Source: Azolla caroliniana (taxonomy: Eukaryota > Plantae > Polypodiophyta). From it: a stretch of 64,000 nt of DNA. How positions within the stretch are numbered: the stretch's first letter is position 1; each line of letters opens with the position of its first letter. Location of the stretch: positions 3,968,001 through 4,032,000 of the forward strand of contig JBHGNT010000007.1 of the NCBI GenBank assembly GCA_043228905.1. The letters are read 5' to 3'. The notes under the pieces were generated by a model, which saw nothing but the letters and a program-made list of their open reading frames with translations, ran no database searches and was not told where the DNA came from. This document shows positions 10,016-24,062 of this stretch, in pieces. The position numbers and the translations under genes were made by a program.

Positions 10016-13000
10016 GCCATCAAAACAACTCCACCCAGTGCGGATATTGTGGCAAATTTGGTCACTACAAAGTAGAGTGTCGAAGGAAGAAGATGAGTCG
10101 GCCTCCACAAGCCAACAACTCACCAACTACACCTCAAACTCCGATTACGAAGATTGTGGCACAATGTTTGTAATGAGGCATAGAGCAAACTCAATGATGG
10201 TCTCCAACCCGACCAACACCTCCAACTTAGAAGATGTATGGTTGTCGATTCGGGTGCATCCAATCACATGATGTCTCACAAAGATTGGTTCTGAGAGCTA
10301 CGAAAGCCCGATTGACCCGGCTATGTAGAAGTTGGGGATGACACAATTCACCCCATTCAACATGTCGGCAATGTCCCATTTGGGGAAGAAGGCAACCAAA
10401 CCTACATCAAGAACGTCTTGCATGTACCGACAATAACGAAAAATCTAGTCTCAATTGGCCAAATTGTGGAGCAAGGCATGCAAGTTCACTTCAACAACAG
10501 AGGGTGCTTCATCGAAAAAGAAGGTCGACTTATTGCTCGTGGTCGAAGAGAAGGTCGGATGTTCATCCTCGACTCTCACAAGATGAAATCGACAATGTTT
10601 GCCAAGGGCCATAGAGCCAATGCCGATATAGAGCTGTGGCACAAAAGGATTGACCACATCAATCTCCAGAAGCTCAAAGGAATGTAGTCAAAAGGAGTCG
10701 TCATTGGACGCCCAACCTTTATCGAGAAGGAGATTGCAAGCGCGTGCGCCCCGCGTGCGAAGCCTACCAATTCGGCAAACAACACCGACAACCGTTCCCA
10801 AATGAGAGGAACATGAGTAAATGATCCTGGATGTGATACATTCAAATGTGTGGGGACAAACCCAGATGGCAACATTTGGTGGCTGCCAGTACTATGTGAC
10901 ATTCATCGACGACTTCTCCAGGCACACTTGGATATTCCCTATGCGGCAGAAGAGTGAAGTGTTGTCGCACTTCCATAAATTCAAAAACGAAGTTGAAAAG
11001 GAAATCGGTCGCCATGTACAGTGCCTTCGATCAGACAACGACAAAGAGTACTTCTCCAACGCCTTCACAACATACCTTCATCAAGAAGGAATCTGGCGAG
11101 AGTTTACTTGTCAACACACACCTCAACAAAACGGAGTAGCTGAATGAAAGAATCAGCACATACTCAAGGTGGCAAGGGTAATGATGAATGAGAAACATCT
11201 GCCAAAATCATACTAGGCTGAAGCGGAAAACACGACCATCTATCTGATGAATCGTTGGACAACATTTGGAGTGCACGATATTAACCCCTACAAAAAGTTC
11301 TATGGAAAGAAGCCAGACTTATCCCATGTTAGGATATTCGGCTCTATTGCATTTGTACACATTCCCAATGAAATGCAACAAAAGCTTGATCCCAAGTCAG
11401 AGAAATGTATCCTCATAGGGTACTCGCTCGAACAAAAGGGGTATAAGTGCTTCAACCAATCTATCAGGAAGGTACGAGTGACTGGAGATGTCGTATTCGG
11501 TGAATCAACATGCTAGTACACAGTCGACTCGGCTCCATCCAACCCAATCGAAATCAATTTCGACATAGATACGGAGGAGGATGATCAACTAACTTGGCTC
11601 ACATCATAAGAAAGTCCAATCTCAACTAGGTTGAGTGAACCACAAGAGCCTCCAAGCGACCAAAGCACATCGCCGCCAAGTCTGAAGACGGACAAAGGAA
11701 AGGCCAAAATGCCTAAGTATGAAGACTCAAATGGAAACGAATCAACTCACTCACTCGAACGTGAGTATGGTGGATTGGATGTTCCCATCATGAGGACACT
11801 AGGAGCACCACCTAAGAGAAGAATGTAGTCAGCCGATTCGGCAACAATGACTACATGACATATCATTATGCATTCATGATGAAGGTGGCGACATTTCGTG
11901 AACCGGGAAATTTTTCTGAAGCCGCTAATGATCCACGATGGTTCGAAACAATGCATGAGGAGATGCAAGCACTCTCCAAGAATGAGACATGGGATCTCGT
12001 CCCCTTTTCACATCACCAAAAGGCAATTGGATGCCGGTGGATATTCAAAATGAATCACAACGCTGATGGCGCCGTCAATCGGTATAAGGCTCAACTTGTG
12101 GCAAAAGGGTATGCACAGACATATGGAGTCGATTATGAAGAGACCTTTGCACAACGCTGATGGCGCCGTCAATCGGTATAAGGCTCAGCTTGTGGCAAAA
12201 GGGTATGCACAGACATATGGAGTCGATTATGAAGAGACCTTTGCCCCGGTGGCAAAGATGACGACCATTTGAACAGTGATAGCGCTTGCATCAGCCTAAG
12301 GGTGGCACCTCCACCAAATGGACGTCAAGAACGCCTTTCTCCAAGACGAATTAGATGCGGAGGTGTACATGGTACAACCATCAGGTTTCAAGTCAAGCAC
12401 ACACCCGCAAGCAGTATGCCGACTCAAAAAGCCTCTCTATGGCCTCAAGTAGGCACCTAGAGCATGACATTCGAAGATAACCCAACATCTTCGTCAAATC
12501 AGCTTTAAAATGTCCAAGTTCGACAATTCTCTGTTCATCCGGAGTGACTCCAAAGGATAGGTATTTATGATAATATATGTGGATGACTTGGTCATTGGAG
12601 AAGAGAATTTAGCAGATATCGAACATATCAAAAAGCTACTCTCCGGCCGATTAGAAATGAAAGACGTGAAGGAGCTCCATTACTTTCTAGGGATAGAAGT
12701 AATTCAGACTCCAGATGGCATCATGATCTCCCAACGACACTATATCCTCAATCTTCTTTACAAGTTTGGGATTACAGATTGTAAGCCCGTCTCTACTCCT
12801 CCCAATTGAAATCTAAAGTTGGATGCCGATTCCGACACAGAAGAGTGTGAGCCTACATACTATCGGCAACTTGTCGAGAGCCTTATCTATCTCACCATTA
12901 CACGGCCAGACCTCAGCTACCCGGTCGACCTCCTTAGTCAATTTATGCATATACTACGAAACATTCACCTGCATTATGCTAAGCGAGTGTTACGCTATGT

Positions 13001-16000
13001 GAGTGGAATGATGGATTATGAAATCCTCTACAAATCGGCTACACCGATTCGTCTCAAAGGGTACACCGATGCCAACTGGGCTGGCTACAAAGCCAACAGA
13101 TGATCCACATCGGGCTTCGCCTTCTCCTTCGACAGTGGAGCCATATCGTGGAGCAGTAAGAAGAAACCGACAATCGCACTATTGGGCATAGAGGCCGAAT
13201 ACTGGGCGATTATTGCCGCATGTGAAGCCATTTGGCTAAAACGAATCTTGAAGGATCTGGGCGTTCCCATCAAGGATTCAATTCTCCTCTACTACAACAA
13301 CATGAGCATCATCCACCTGGCCCGCAACCCAGTGTTCCACGCTCGGACTAAGCACATTGAAGTGCATTATCACTTCATCCGAGAGCATGTCCTAAATGGA
13401 GATGTCGACCTACAACACATCAGCACGAATCTGCAAACTGCTGACATCTTCACAAAGGCCCTAGGGGCCGACAAGCTATGACATTTCACGACGAACTTAG
13501 GTCCTTTTTATTACCGACCAACCGAGCTTGAGGAGGAGTATGGATGAAGAACCGTTGAACGAACACAAGAGTGAGACAACTATAAGAAGTCGAGCTTCTA
13601 CTTGCATGTTTGAACACATAAATCTGATATCACACGAGCCAGGTATAAATATTCTCATTTACTCACGTGCTCTAGTCTACGCCTCCTCATCTTTTCTTTT
13701 CTCTTCATGTCTCTCGACCTGAGTTCCAAAATCTTGAATTTTCAATTGCATATTATAGGGTGCATCGTAAGCCTCCATTCACATGTCTGAACACAAAAAT
13801 CCGATATTACACGAGCCAAGTATGAACATTTTCATTTACTCACGCGCTATTGTCTACACCTTCCTCATCTTTGCTTTTCTCTTCACGTCTCTCGACCTGA
13901 GTTCCAAAATCTTGATTTTTCAATTCCATATTATAGGTGCATCATTAGCTTCCATTCGTATGTATGAACACAAAAATCCGATATCACACGAGCCAGGCAT
14001 GAACATTTTCATTTACTCACGCGCTCTTGTCTACGCCCTCCTTATCTTTGTGTTCAATTCCATATTATAGGGTGCATAGTTAGGATCCATTCGCATGTTT
14101 CAACTCAAAAATCCGATATCACACGAGCCATGTATGAGCATTCTCATTTACTCACGCACTCTTGTCTACGACCTCCTCCACATTGCTTTTTTCTTTATGT
14201 CTCTAAAGCTGAGTTTCAAAATCTTGATTTTTCAATTCCGTATTATAGGGTGCTTCATTACCTTCCATTCGCATGTTTGAACACAAAAATCCGATATCAC
14301 ACGAGCCATGTATGAACATTTTCATTTACTCACATGCTCTTGTCTACACCCTCCGCAACTTTGCTTTTTTCTTCACGTCTCTCAACCTGAGTTCCAAAAT
14401 TCTTTATTTTTCAATTCTATACTATAGGGTGCATCGTTATCTTCCATTCGCATGTTTGAACACAAAATTTCGATATCACACGAGCGAGGTATGAACATTC
14501 TCATTTACTCACCCGCTGTTGTCTACGACCTCATTTACTCTCGACCTGAGTTCGAAAATCTTGATGTTTCAATTCCATATGATAGGGTGCATCGTTAGCT
14601 TCCATTCGCATGTTTGGACACAAAAATCCGATATCACACGAGCCACGTATGAACATTTTCATTAACTCACGCGCTCTTGTCTACGCCCTCCTCAACTTTG
14701 CTTTTTCCTTCATGTCTCTCGACCTGAGATCGAAAATCCTTATTTTTCGATTCAGTATTATAGGTTACATCGTTGGCTTCTATTTGCTTGTTTGAACACA
14801 AAATCCCGATATCACACGAGCGAGGTATGAACATTTTAATTTACTAAAGCGCTCTTGTCTCTTCATTTCTCTCACCCTGAGTTCGAAAATCTTCAATTTT
14901 CAATTCCGTATTATAGGGTGCACCATTAGCCTCTATTCGCATGTTTGAACACAAAAATCCGATATCACACGAGCCCGTTATGAACACTTTCATTTAGTCA
15001 CGCGCTCTTGTCTACGTCATGCTCATCTTTGCTTTTCGTTTCATGTCTCCTGACCTAAGTTCCAAAATCTTAATTTTTCAATTCCATAGTCTAGGGTGCA
15101 TCGTTAGCTTGCATTTGAATGTTTGAACGTAAAAATCCGATATCAGGTATGAACATTACTCATTTACTCACGTGCTCTTGTCTACGACCTCCTCAATTTA
15201 CTCACGTATGAACATTCAAACATTACTCATCGTTAGCCAGGTATGAACATTCTCATTTACTCACGTGCTCTTGTCTACGACCTCCTCAATTTTGCTTTTC
15301 TCTTCATGTCTCTCGACCAGATTTCCAAAATCTTGATTTTTGAATTCAATATGATAGGGTACATCCGTAGCTTCCATTCGCATGTTTGAACACAAAAATC
15401 CGATATCACACGAGCCACGTATGAACATTTTCATTTACTCATGCGCTCTTGTCTACGCCCTCCTCAACTTTTCTTTTCTCTTCATGTCTCTCGACCTGAG
15501 ATCAAAAATCCTTATTTTTTAATTCAGTATTATAGGTTACATCGTAGACTTCTATTCGCCTGTTTGAACACAAAATTGCGATATCAAACGAGCCAGATAT
15601 GATTTTTCTTCACATCTCTCGACCTTAAATCGAAAATCTTCATTTTTCAATTCCATATTATAGGGTGCATCGTTAGCCTCCATTTGCATGTTCAAACACA
15701 AAAATCCCATATCAGACGAGCCAGGTATGAACATTATCATTTACTCACGCGCTCTTGTCAACTCCTTCCTCATCTTTGCTTTTCTTTTCATGTTTCTCGA
15801 CCTGAACTCCAAAATCTAGATATTTCAATTCCATATTATAGGCTGCATCGTTAGCTTCCATTCGTATGTTTGAACACAAAAATCCGATATCACACGAGCG
15901 AGGTATGAACATTTTCATTTACACACACGCTCTTGTCTACGCCCTCCTCATCTTTTCTTTTCTCTTCATGTCTCTCGACTTGAGATCGAAATTTTTTATT

Positions 16001-18737
16001 TTTCAATTCCATATTATAGACTGGCCCGTTAGGCTCTATTAGCATGTTTTAACACAGAAATCGGATATCACACAAGCCAGGTATGAACACTTTCATTTAC
16101 TCACGCGCTCTTGTCTACGCCCTCCTCATCTTTGCTTTTCTCTTCATGTCGCTCGACCTGAGTTCGAAAATCTTGATTTTTCAATTCCATATGATAGGGT
16201 GCATTGTTAGCTTCCATCCGCATGTTTGAGCAAGAAAATCTGATACCACACGGGCCAGCTATGAATATTATCATTTACTCACGCGCTCTTGTCTACGCCC
16301 TCCTCACCTTTGCTTTTCTCTTCATGTCTCTCTACCTGAGTTCCAAAATCTTGATTTTTCAATTCCATATTATAGGGTGCATCGTTCGAGTTCATTCGCA
16401 TGTTTGAACACAAAAATCCGATATCACATGAGCCAGGTATGAACATTATCATTTACTCATTCGCTCTTGTCTACGCCCTCCTCATCTTTTCTTTTCTCTT
16501 CATGTCTCTCGACCTGAGTTCGAAAATCTTGAATTTTCAATTGCATATTATAAGGTGCATCGTAAGCCTCCAATTGCATGTTTGAACACAAAAATACGAT
16601 ATTACACGAGCCAGGTATGAACATTTTCATTTACTCACGCACTATTGGCTACACCTTCCTCATCTTTGCTTTTCTCTTCACGTTTGTCGACCTGAGTTCC
16701 AAAATCTAGATTTTTCAATTCCATATTATAGGTGCATCGTTAGATTCGATTCGAATGTTTGAACACAAAAATCCGGTATGAATATTCTCATTTATTCACG
16801 CGCTCTTATCTACGCCCTCCTCAACATTGATTTTTTCTTTATGTCTCTCAACCTGAGTTTCAAAACCTTGTTTTTCAATTCCATGTCTCTCGACCTGAGA
16901 TCGAAATTTTTTATCTTTCAATTCCATATTATAGAATGGCTTGTTAGGCTGTATTAGCATGTTTTAACACAGAAATCGGATATCACACAAGCCAGGTATG
17001 AACATTCTCATTTACTCACGTGCTCTTGTTTATGACCTCCTCAATTTTGCTTTTCTCTTCATGTCTCTCAACCTGATTTCCAAAATCTTGATTTTTCAAT
17101 TCAATATTATAGGGTACATCGTTAGCTTCCATTCGCATGTTTGAACACAAAAATCCGATATCACACGAGCTACGTATGAACATTTTCATTTACTCACGTG
17201 GTCTTGTCTACACCCTCCGCAACTTTGCTTTTTTCTTCACGTGTCTCGACCTGAGTTCCAACATTCTTTATTTTTCAATTCTATACTATAGGGTGCGTCG
17301 TTATCTTCCATTCGCATGTTTGAACACAAAAAGCCGATATCACAAGAGCCAGGTATGAACATTCTCATTTACTCACCCGTTGTTGTCTACGACCTCGTCA
17401 ACATTGCTTTTCTCTTTATGTATCTCGACCTGACGTCAAAAATCATCATTTCTCAATTCCATATCATAGTGTGCATCGTTAGCTTCCATTCACATGTTTG
17501 AACACAAAAATCCGATATCACACGAGCCAGGTATGAACATTCTCATTAACTCACGCGCTCTTGTCTACGCCCTCTTCAACTTTGCTTTTTTCCTCATGTC
17601 TCTCAACCTGAGATTGAAAATCCTTATTTTTCAATTCAATATTATAGGTTACATCGTTGGCTTCTATTTGCCTGTTTGAACACAAAATCTCGATTTCACA
17701 CGAGTGAGGTATGAACATTCTCATTTACTCACACGCTCTTGTCTACGCCCTCCTCAACTTTGCTTTTCTCTTCATTTCTCTCCCCCTTAGTTCGAAAATC
17801 TTCAATTTTCACTTCCATATTATAGGGTGCATTGTTAGCCTCTATTCGCATGTTTAAACACAAAAATCCGATATCACACGAGCCACGTATGAACATTTTC
17901 ATTTACTCACATGCTCTTGTCTACACCCTCCGCAACTTTGCTTTTTTCTTCACGTCTCTCGACTTGATTTCCAAAATTCTTTATTTTTCAATTCTATACT
18001 ATAGGGTGCATCATTAGCTTCCATTTGCATGTTTGAATACATAAATCCGATATCACACGAGCCAGGTATGAACATTCTCATTTACTCACACGCTCTAGTC
18101 TACGCCCTCCTCAACTTTGCTTTTCTTTTGATTTCTCTCGACCGGAGTTTCAAAATCTTTCTCTTTCAATTTCATATCATAGTGTGCATCGTTAGCTTCC
18201 ATTCACATGTTTGAACACAAAAATCCGATATCACACGAGCCACGTATGAACATTTTCATTTACTCACGTGCTCTTGTCTACACTCTCGCAACTTTGCTTT
18301 TTTCTTCACTTCTCTGAACCTGAGTTCCAAAATTCTTTATTTTTCAATTCTATACTATAGGGTGCATCGTTATCTTCCATTCGCATGTTTGAACACAAAA
18401 TTTCGATATCACACGAGCCAGGTATGAACATTCTCATTTACTCACCCGTTGTTGTCTACAACCTCCTCAAAATTGATTTTCTCTTTATGTATCTCGACCT
18501 GACATCAAAAATCTTCATTTTTCAATTCCATATTATAGGGTGCATCATTAGCTTCCATTTGCATGTTTGAATACATAAATCCGATATCACACGAGCCAGG
18601 CATGAACATTCTCATTTACTCACACGCTCTAGTCTACGCCCTCCTCAACTTTGCTTTTCTTTTGATTTCTCTCGACCGGAGTTTCAAAATCTTGCTTTTT
18701 CAATTTCCCATCATAGCGTGCATAGTGAGCTTCCATT

Positions 18738-21700
18738 TGTTGGGATTACGGTCCCTCCGGATGGGATGGTCGGATGTCCGGAGATGAATGACGACAAGCC
18801 CAGTTGCGGTTTCGGAACCGGATGATGAAGACCCCGACTTCGGAGCCGGACGACGAATGTACCCGGAGAGAGATCCGGATGCGGGGACATATCTGTGAAT
18901 ATGTTTGCCAAGGGCCCTTGAGGCTATAGTTGTAAATAGCCCTAAAGTCATATGTGTATAAATATGACTTAGGGCAAACAGTTTTGATGTTGCTACTCAT
19001 TTTTCTGTTTTTCCACTCAAGAGGAGTGAAGAGAGAGCAGCCGTGAGAGAGATAGAGCGTGAGAGACGAAGAGGTCGACGCCTCTGTGTAATTCCGCCGC
19101 CTGTGGCGAGGACAGCGAGCTCAAGGTCGTCGCCTTGCAGCTCGCCATTGTATATTTCTCTGTGCATAGTTTTGGTTCGGAGTCTTGTACTCCCGTGGTT
19201 TTTTTCCCGTACAGGGTTTTCCACGTTAAATCGTGTGTCCACTTATTTACTTTTGCATTTCCCATTTTTTGCAACAACGATTCGTGTGTTTCCTTGGTTG
19301 TGGCCGAGAGGTGAAGTTTGGAAAGTGTCGATTATTTCCGTCAATTTGGTATCAGAGCGAGCTGCTGCAGAAAATGGAAGGCGGCGGCAGCGGGCAGCCG
19401 GGGATGATGGTGCTGAATGCGCAGAATTACGCCGACTGGAAGATCAAGATGGAGGATCTTCTGATTGTTCGGGACCTGTACGAACCGATTGACAGGTCGG
19501 AAATACCGAAGGGGGTACTTGAGTCGGAATGGAGGCTTCTGAACCGGAAAGCCGTTGCAACCATTCGGCAATACGTCGACGTGAGCGTTCTACAACATGT
19601 GGCGAACGACATCAACGCATATGAGATGTGGCGGAAGCTGTCGGGCCTCTACGAGAGGAAGAATGCGTTGAACCGGACCTCCCTGATGAGGAAGATAGTG
19701 AACCTCAAGTACCGGGACGACGAGAGTATGGTGGAACACGTAAGCACGTTCATGGGATTCGTGAACCAGCTTGCGGCGATCAAGTTCCCGCTGGAGGATG
19801 CAATGCAAGCCATCATTCTGATGTGTACATTGCCGGAAAGCTGGGAGAACTTGGTGGTGACTCTCAGCACCTCCTGCACGGAAGATAACTTGTCCCTACA
19901 AACGGTAAAGACAAGTATTTTGAACGAAGAAGCGCGTCGGAGAGATAAAGAACCGGCCTCCGACTCGAAGGCGCTGCTTACCGAATCGGAACGGGGAAGA
20001 CAATGGAACCGGAGTCCGCAAAGACGGGAGAAGTCGGGGACCCGGTCGCAGTCAAGAGGAAGACCCACATGCTTCCACTGTGGGAAGCCGGGGCACTTCC
20101 GGAAGAATTGTCGGCATTACCGAAAGGACAACGGAGCCGACGACACCGATTCGAAGAAGTCACCGGAGAGAAACGGTGCATACCGGGGAGCCACGGACCG
20201 GAGAGGTCCGGATTGGCGAGGGCAGGACCGGAAAGGAACGACGACACTCGCGGCAAGTGAGGAAGAAATCATGCTCATCACCGAAGAAGGTGAACTAAAC
20301 ATTGCCGGCGATGAGACGACCTGGGTGGTCGATTCCGGAGCATCGTTCCACCTGACCCCGGAGAGAAGATACTTCTCATCCTACACAGTCGGTGAGCATG
20401 GCTGTGTTCGGATGGGAAATGAACGTACGTGCCGGATTGCCGGCATAGGAGACGTGTGGTTGACAACCTCGACCGGATGCAAAATGCTGCTGAAGGATGT
20501 CCGACACGTTCCGGAGGTTCGATTGAACCTGATTTCGGCCGGGAGGCTAGACGATGAAGGCTACACAGGTAGCATCCGGAACGACGTAATGAAGTTCAGC
20601 AAGGGGAGCCTGATAGTGGCTCGGGCCCGGAAAGTCAACACACTGTACCTTATGAATGCCTGGCTGTGTCCGGAAGAGTTGAACGTGGCGGCCGACACTG
20701 CCGGTGAGCTGTGGCACAAGAGACTGTGCCACATGAGTGAGAAGGGGATGAAGAGGCTTGCAGAAGACAACCTTATTCCAGTGAAGCATGTGCACCTGGA
20801 GAAGTGCACCGATTGCCTGGCCGGTAAGCAGAACCGAACCTCCTTCCACTCAAGGCCACCGACGAGACGTAGCGCACCATTGGAGTTGGTGCACACTGAT
20901 GTGTGTCAGGTAGAAACGAAGTCACATGGCGGAGCCCAGTACTTCGTAACATTCATAGATGACCATAGCCGGAAGCTGTGGACGGCACCGTTGAAGACAA
21001 AGGACCAAGTATTGTCCGTCTTCAAAGAACTCCACGCGAGAGTGGAAAGAGAATCCGGCAAGAAGCTGAAAGCGATACGAGCGGATAACGGAGGGGAATA
21101 CCGGGGGCAATTCGCAGAGTACTGTCGCTCGAAGGGAATCCGGCTCGAGTTTACTGTGCCGAAGACGCCGGAACTGAACGGGCTGGCCGAGAGGATGAAC
21201 CGGACCATAATGGAGAGGGTCCGGAGTATGCTGGCGCATGCGGAATTACCCAAGGGGTTTTGGGCTGAGGCGATGTCAACGGCGACATACGTGATAAACA
21301 GATCACCCTCAGTACCTTTGGACGGAGACACGCCGCAGAGAGTGTGGACCGGTAGGGAAGTATCCTACCGGCATCTGAAGGTGTTCGGTGTCTCGCATAC
21401 GTGCATGTGGCAAAGGACCGGAGAGGAAAGCTAGATCCAAAGACCCGGCCATGCATATTCCTCGGTTACGGCGATGACGAGTTCGGCTACCGAGTATGGG
21501 ACCCGGTCGACAAGAAGATATTCCGGAGTCGTGATATCATCTTCATGGAGAACAAGACACTCGCCGACTGGGAGTCAGAGAAGAAGATGAAGAGCTCCAA
21601 GTCGACCGGTGAGGATAAACTCTATGAGGAGCAGTCCCGACCGGCAAGGGACCGGTTAACACTCGAAGATCCGGCCGAAGACGGTGAAGAAACAGAACCG

Positions 21701-24062
21701 GCCGAAGAAGATGAAAATGATACCGGAACCGGCCCCGATCCCGAAATGGATTCGGATGAAGAAGAATCGGAAGAACCGGTTACCGAAGCTCCGGAACGGA
21801 GATATCCTCTAAGAGAGAGAAGGGCGCCCCGGAGATTTCCGGAACCAGAGCACGTGCTGCTAACCGACGAGGGGGAGCCGGAGAGCTTTGAAGAAGCGAA
21901 GCATGACACCCATAGCCGCAGGTGGTTAAGTGCCATGCAAGAGGAGATGGATTCCCTGCATGAGAACCACACATATGAACTTGTGGAGTTGCTGAAAGGA
22001 AAACGAGCACTCCGTAACAAGTGGGTGTTCAAGCTGAAACCGGGAGATGCCGGAAACCCCCCGAGATACAAAGCCAGGATCGTGGTGAAGGGGTTTCAGC
22101 AGAAGAAGGGCGTCGACTTCGACGAGATATTTGCCCCGGTAGTGAAGATGACCTCCATCCGGACGGTGCTGAGCATAGCGGCAAGCATGGACCTCGAGAT
22201 AGAACAGATGGACGTGAAGACGGCATTCCTTCACGGTGACCTCGAAGAAGAGATCTACATGCAGCAACCGGAAGGATTCGAGAAGAAAGGGAAGGAGCAC
22301 CTGGTATGCCGGTTGAAGAAGAGCCTTTACGGTCTGAAGCAGGCTCCCCGGCAATGGTACCGGAAGTTCGACTCCTTCATGACAGACGAAGGGTACCACA
22401 AAACGCAGTCCGATCACTGCGTGTTTGTGAAGAAGTTCGAAGGAGGAGACTTTCTAATACTCCTCCTGTACGTGGACGACATGTTGATCGTCGGACGAGA
22501 CCAGGTCAAGATACGGATGCTGAAGAAGGCTCTTCACCGAACCTTCTCAATGAAGGACCTGGGTCCGGCGAGGCAAATACTAGGGATGCACATCATCCGG
22601 CACCGGAAGAAGAAGCAGTTGTGGCTGTCACAGGAGAAGTACGTGACCAAGGTGCTTCACCGGTTCAACATGTCGGAAGCAAGACCGGTCGGGTCAACAC
22701 TCCCGGCAAACTGCAAGCTGTCCAGCAAGCAGAGCCCCAAGACAAAGGCTGAGAAGGAGGACATGATGAAAGTACCATATGCCTCTGCCGTCGGGAGCTT
22801 GATGTACGCAATGGTGTGTACCCGACCGGACATAGGATATGCAGTCGGAGTGGTGAGCCGGTACATGAGCAATCCCGGCAAAGAGCATTGGAACGCGGCC
22901 AAGTGGATACTCCGATACCTGAAGGGCACAGCAAACGTGTGCCTCCGATTCGGCTCCGGTAAGCCCGAACTCGACGGCTTCACCGATTCGGATATGTCGG
23001 CTGATGCAGATACCAGCCGGTCCACATCAGGGTATGTGATGACGTATGCAGGGGGAGCTGTTTCATGGCAGTCGAGGCTGCAGAAGACGGTTGCGTTGTC
23101 AACCACGGAGGCGGAGTACATGGCGGCTGTTGAAGCCGGCAAGGAAATAATATGGATGAAGGACTTCATTAGAGAGCTCGGTATCCGGCAGGAGGAGTAC
23201 CGACTCTACTGCGACAGTCAGAGTGCAATCCACCTTGCGAAGAACGCGGCCTATCACTCCCGGACGAAGCACATCCAGCGAAGATATCACTGGATCCGGG
23301 AAAGGATAGAAGACAAGGAGTTCGTGCTGACGAAGATCCACACGGACGAGAACGGGTCGGATATGCTGACCAAGGTGCTCACACCCGACAAGCTGGAAGC
23401 ATGCCGGAAGAGGATCGGATTGGAGAGACATCCCATGCCGAAGTGAAGGGGGAGTTTGTTGGGATTACGGTCCCTCCGGATGGGATGGTCGGATGTCCGG
23501 AGATGAATGACGACAAGCCCGGTTGCGGTTTCGGAACCGGATGATGAAGACCCCGACTTCGGAGCCGGACGACGAATGTACCCGGAGAGAGATCCGGATG
23601 CGGGGACATATCTGTGAATATGTTTGCCAAGGGCCCTTGAGGCTATAGTTGTAAATAGCCCTAAAGTCATATGTGTATAAATATGACTTAGGGCAAACAG
23701 TTTTGATGTTGCTACTCATTTTTCTGTTTTTCCACTCAAGAGGAGTGAAGAGAGAGCAGCCGTGAGAGAGATAGAGCGTGAGAGACGAAGAGGTCGACGC
23801 CTCTGTGTAATTCCGCCGCCTGTGGCGAGGACAGCGAGCTCAAGGTCGTCGCCTTGCAGCTCGCCATTGTATATTTCTCTGTGCATAGTTTTGGTTCGGA
23901 GTCTTGTACTCCCGTGGTTTTTTTCCCGTACAGGGTTTTCCACGTTAAATCGTGTGTCCACTTATTTACTTTTGCATTTCCCATTTTTTGCAACAACGAT
24001 TCGTGTGTTTCCTTGGTTGTGGCCGAGAGGTGAAGTTTGGAAAGTGTCGATTATTTCCGTCA
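18738..24062 (+). mobile_element. Young full-length Ty1/copia LTR retrotransposon
   Basis: 606-bp TG...CA LTRs at 18738-19343 and 23457-24062 (one difference seen), CCATT TSD (18733-18737/24063-24067), PBS TGGTATCAGAGC (iMet) 19347-19358, PPT 23445-23454. Confidence 0.97.
19374..23446 (+). CDS. Copia gag-pol polyprotein with a single 1-bp frameshift at ~21390
   Basis: CFHCGKPGHFRKNC knuckle, WVVDSGAS protease, integrase core, YVDD RT, RNase H. KVFG|CLAYVHV is broken by a one-base deletion. Confidence 0.92.
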
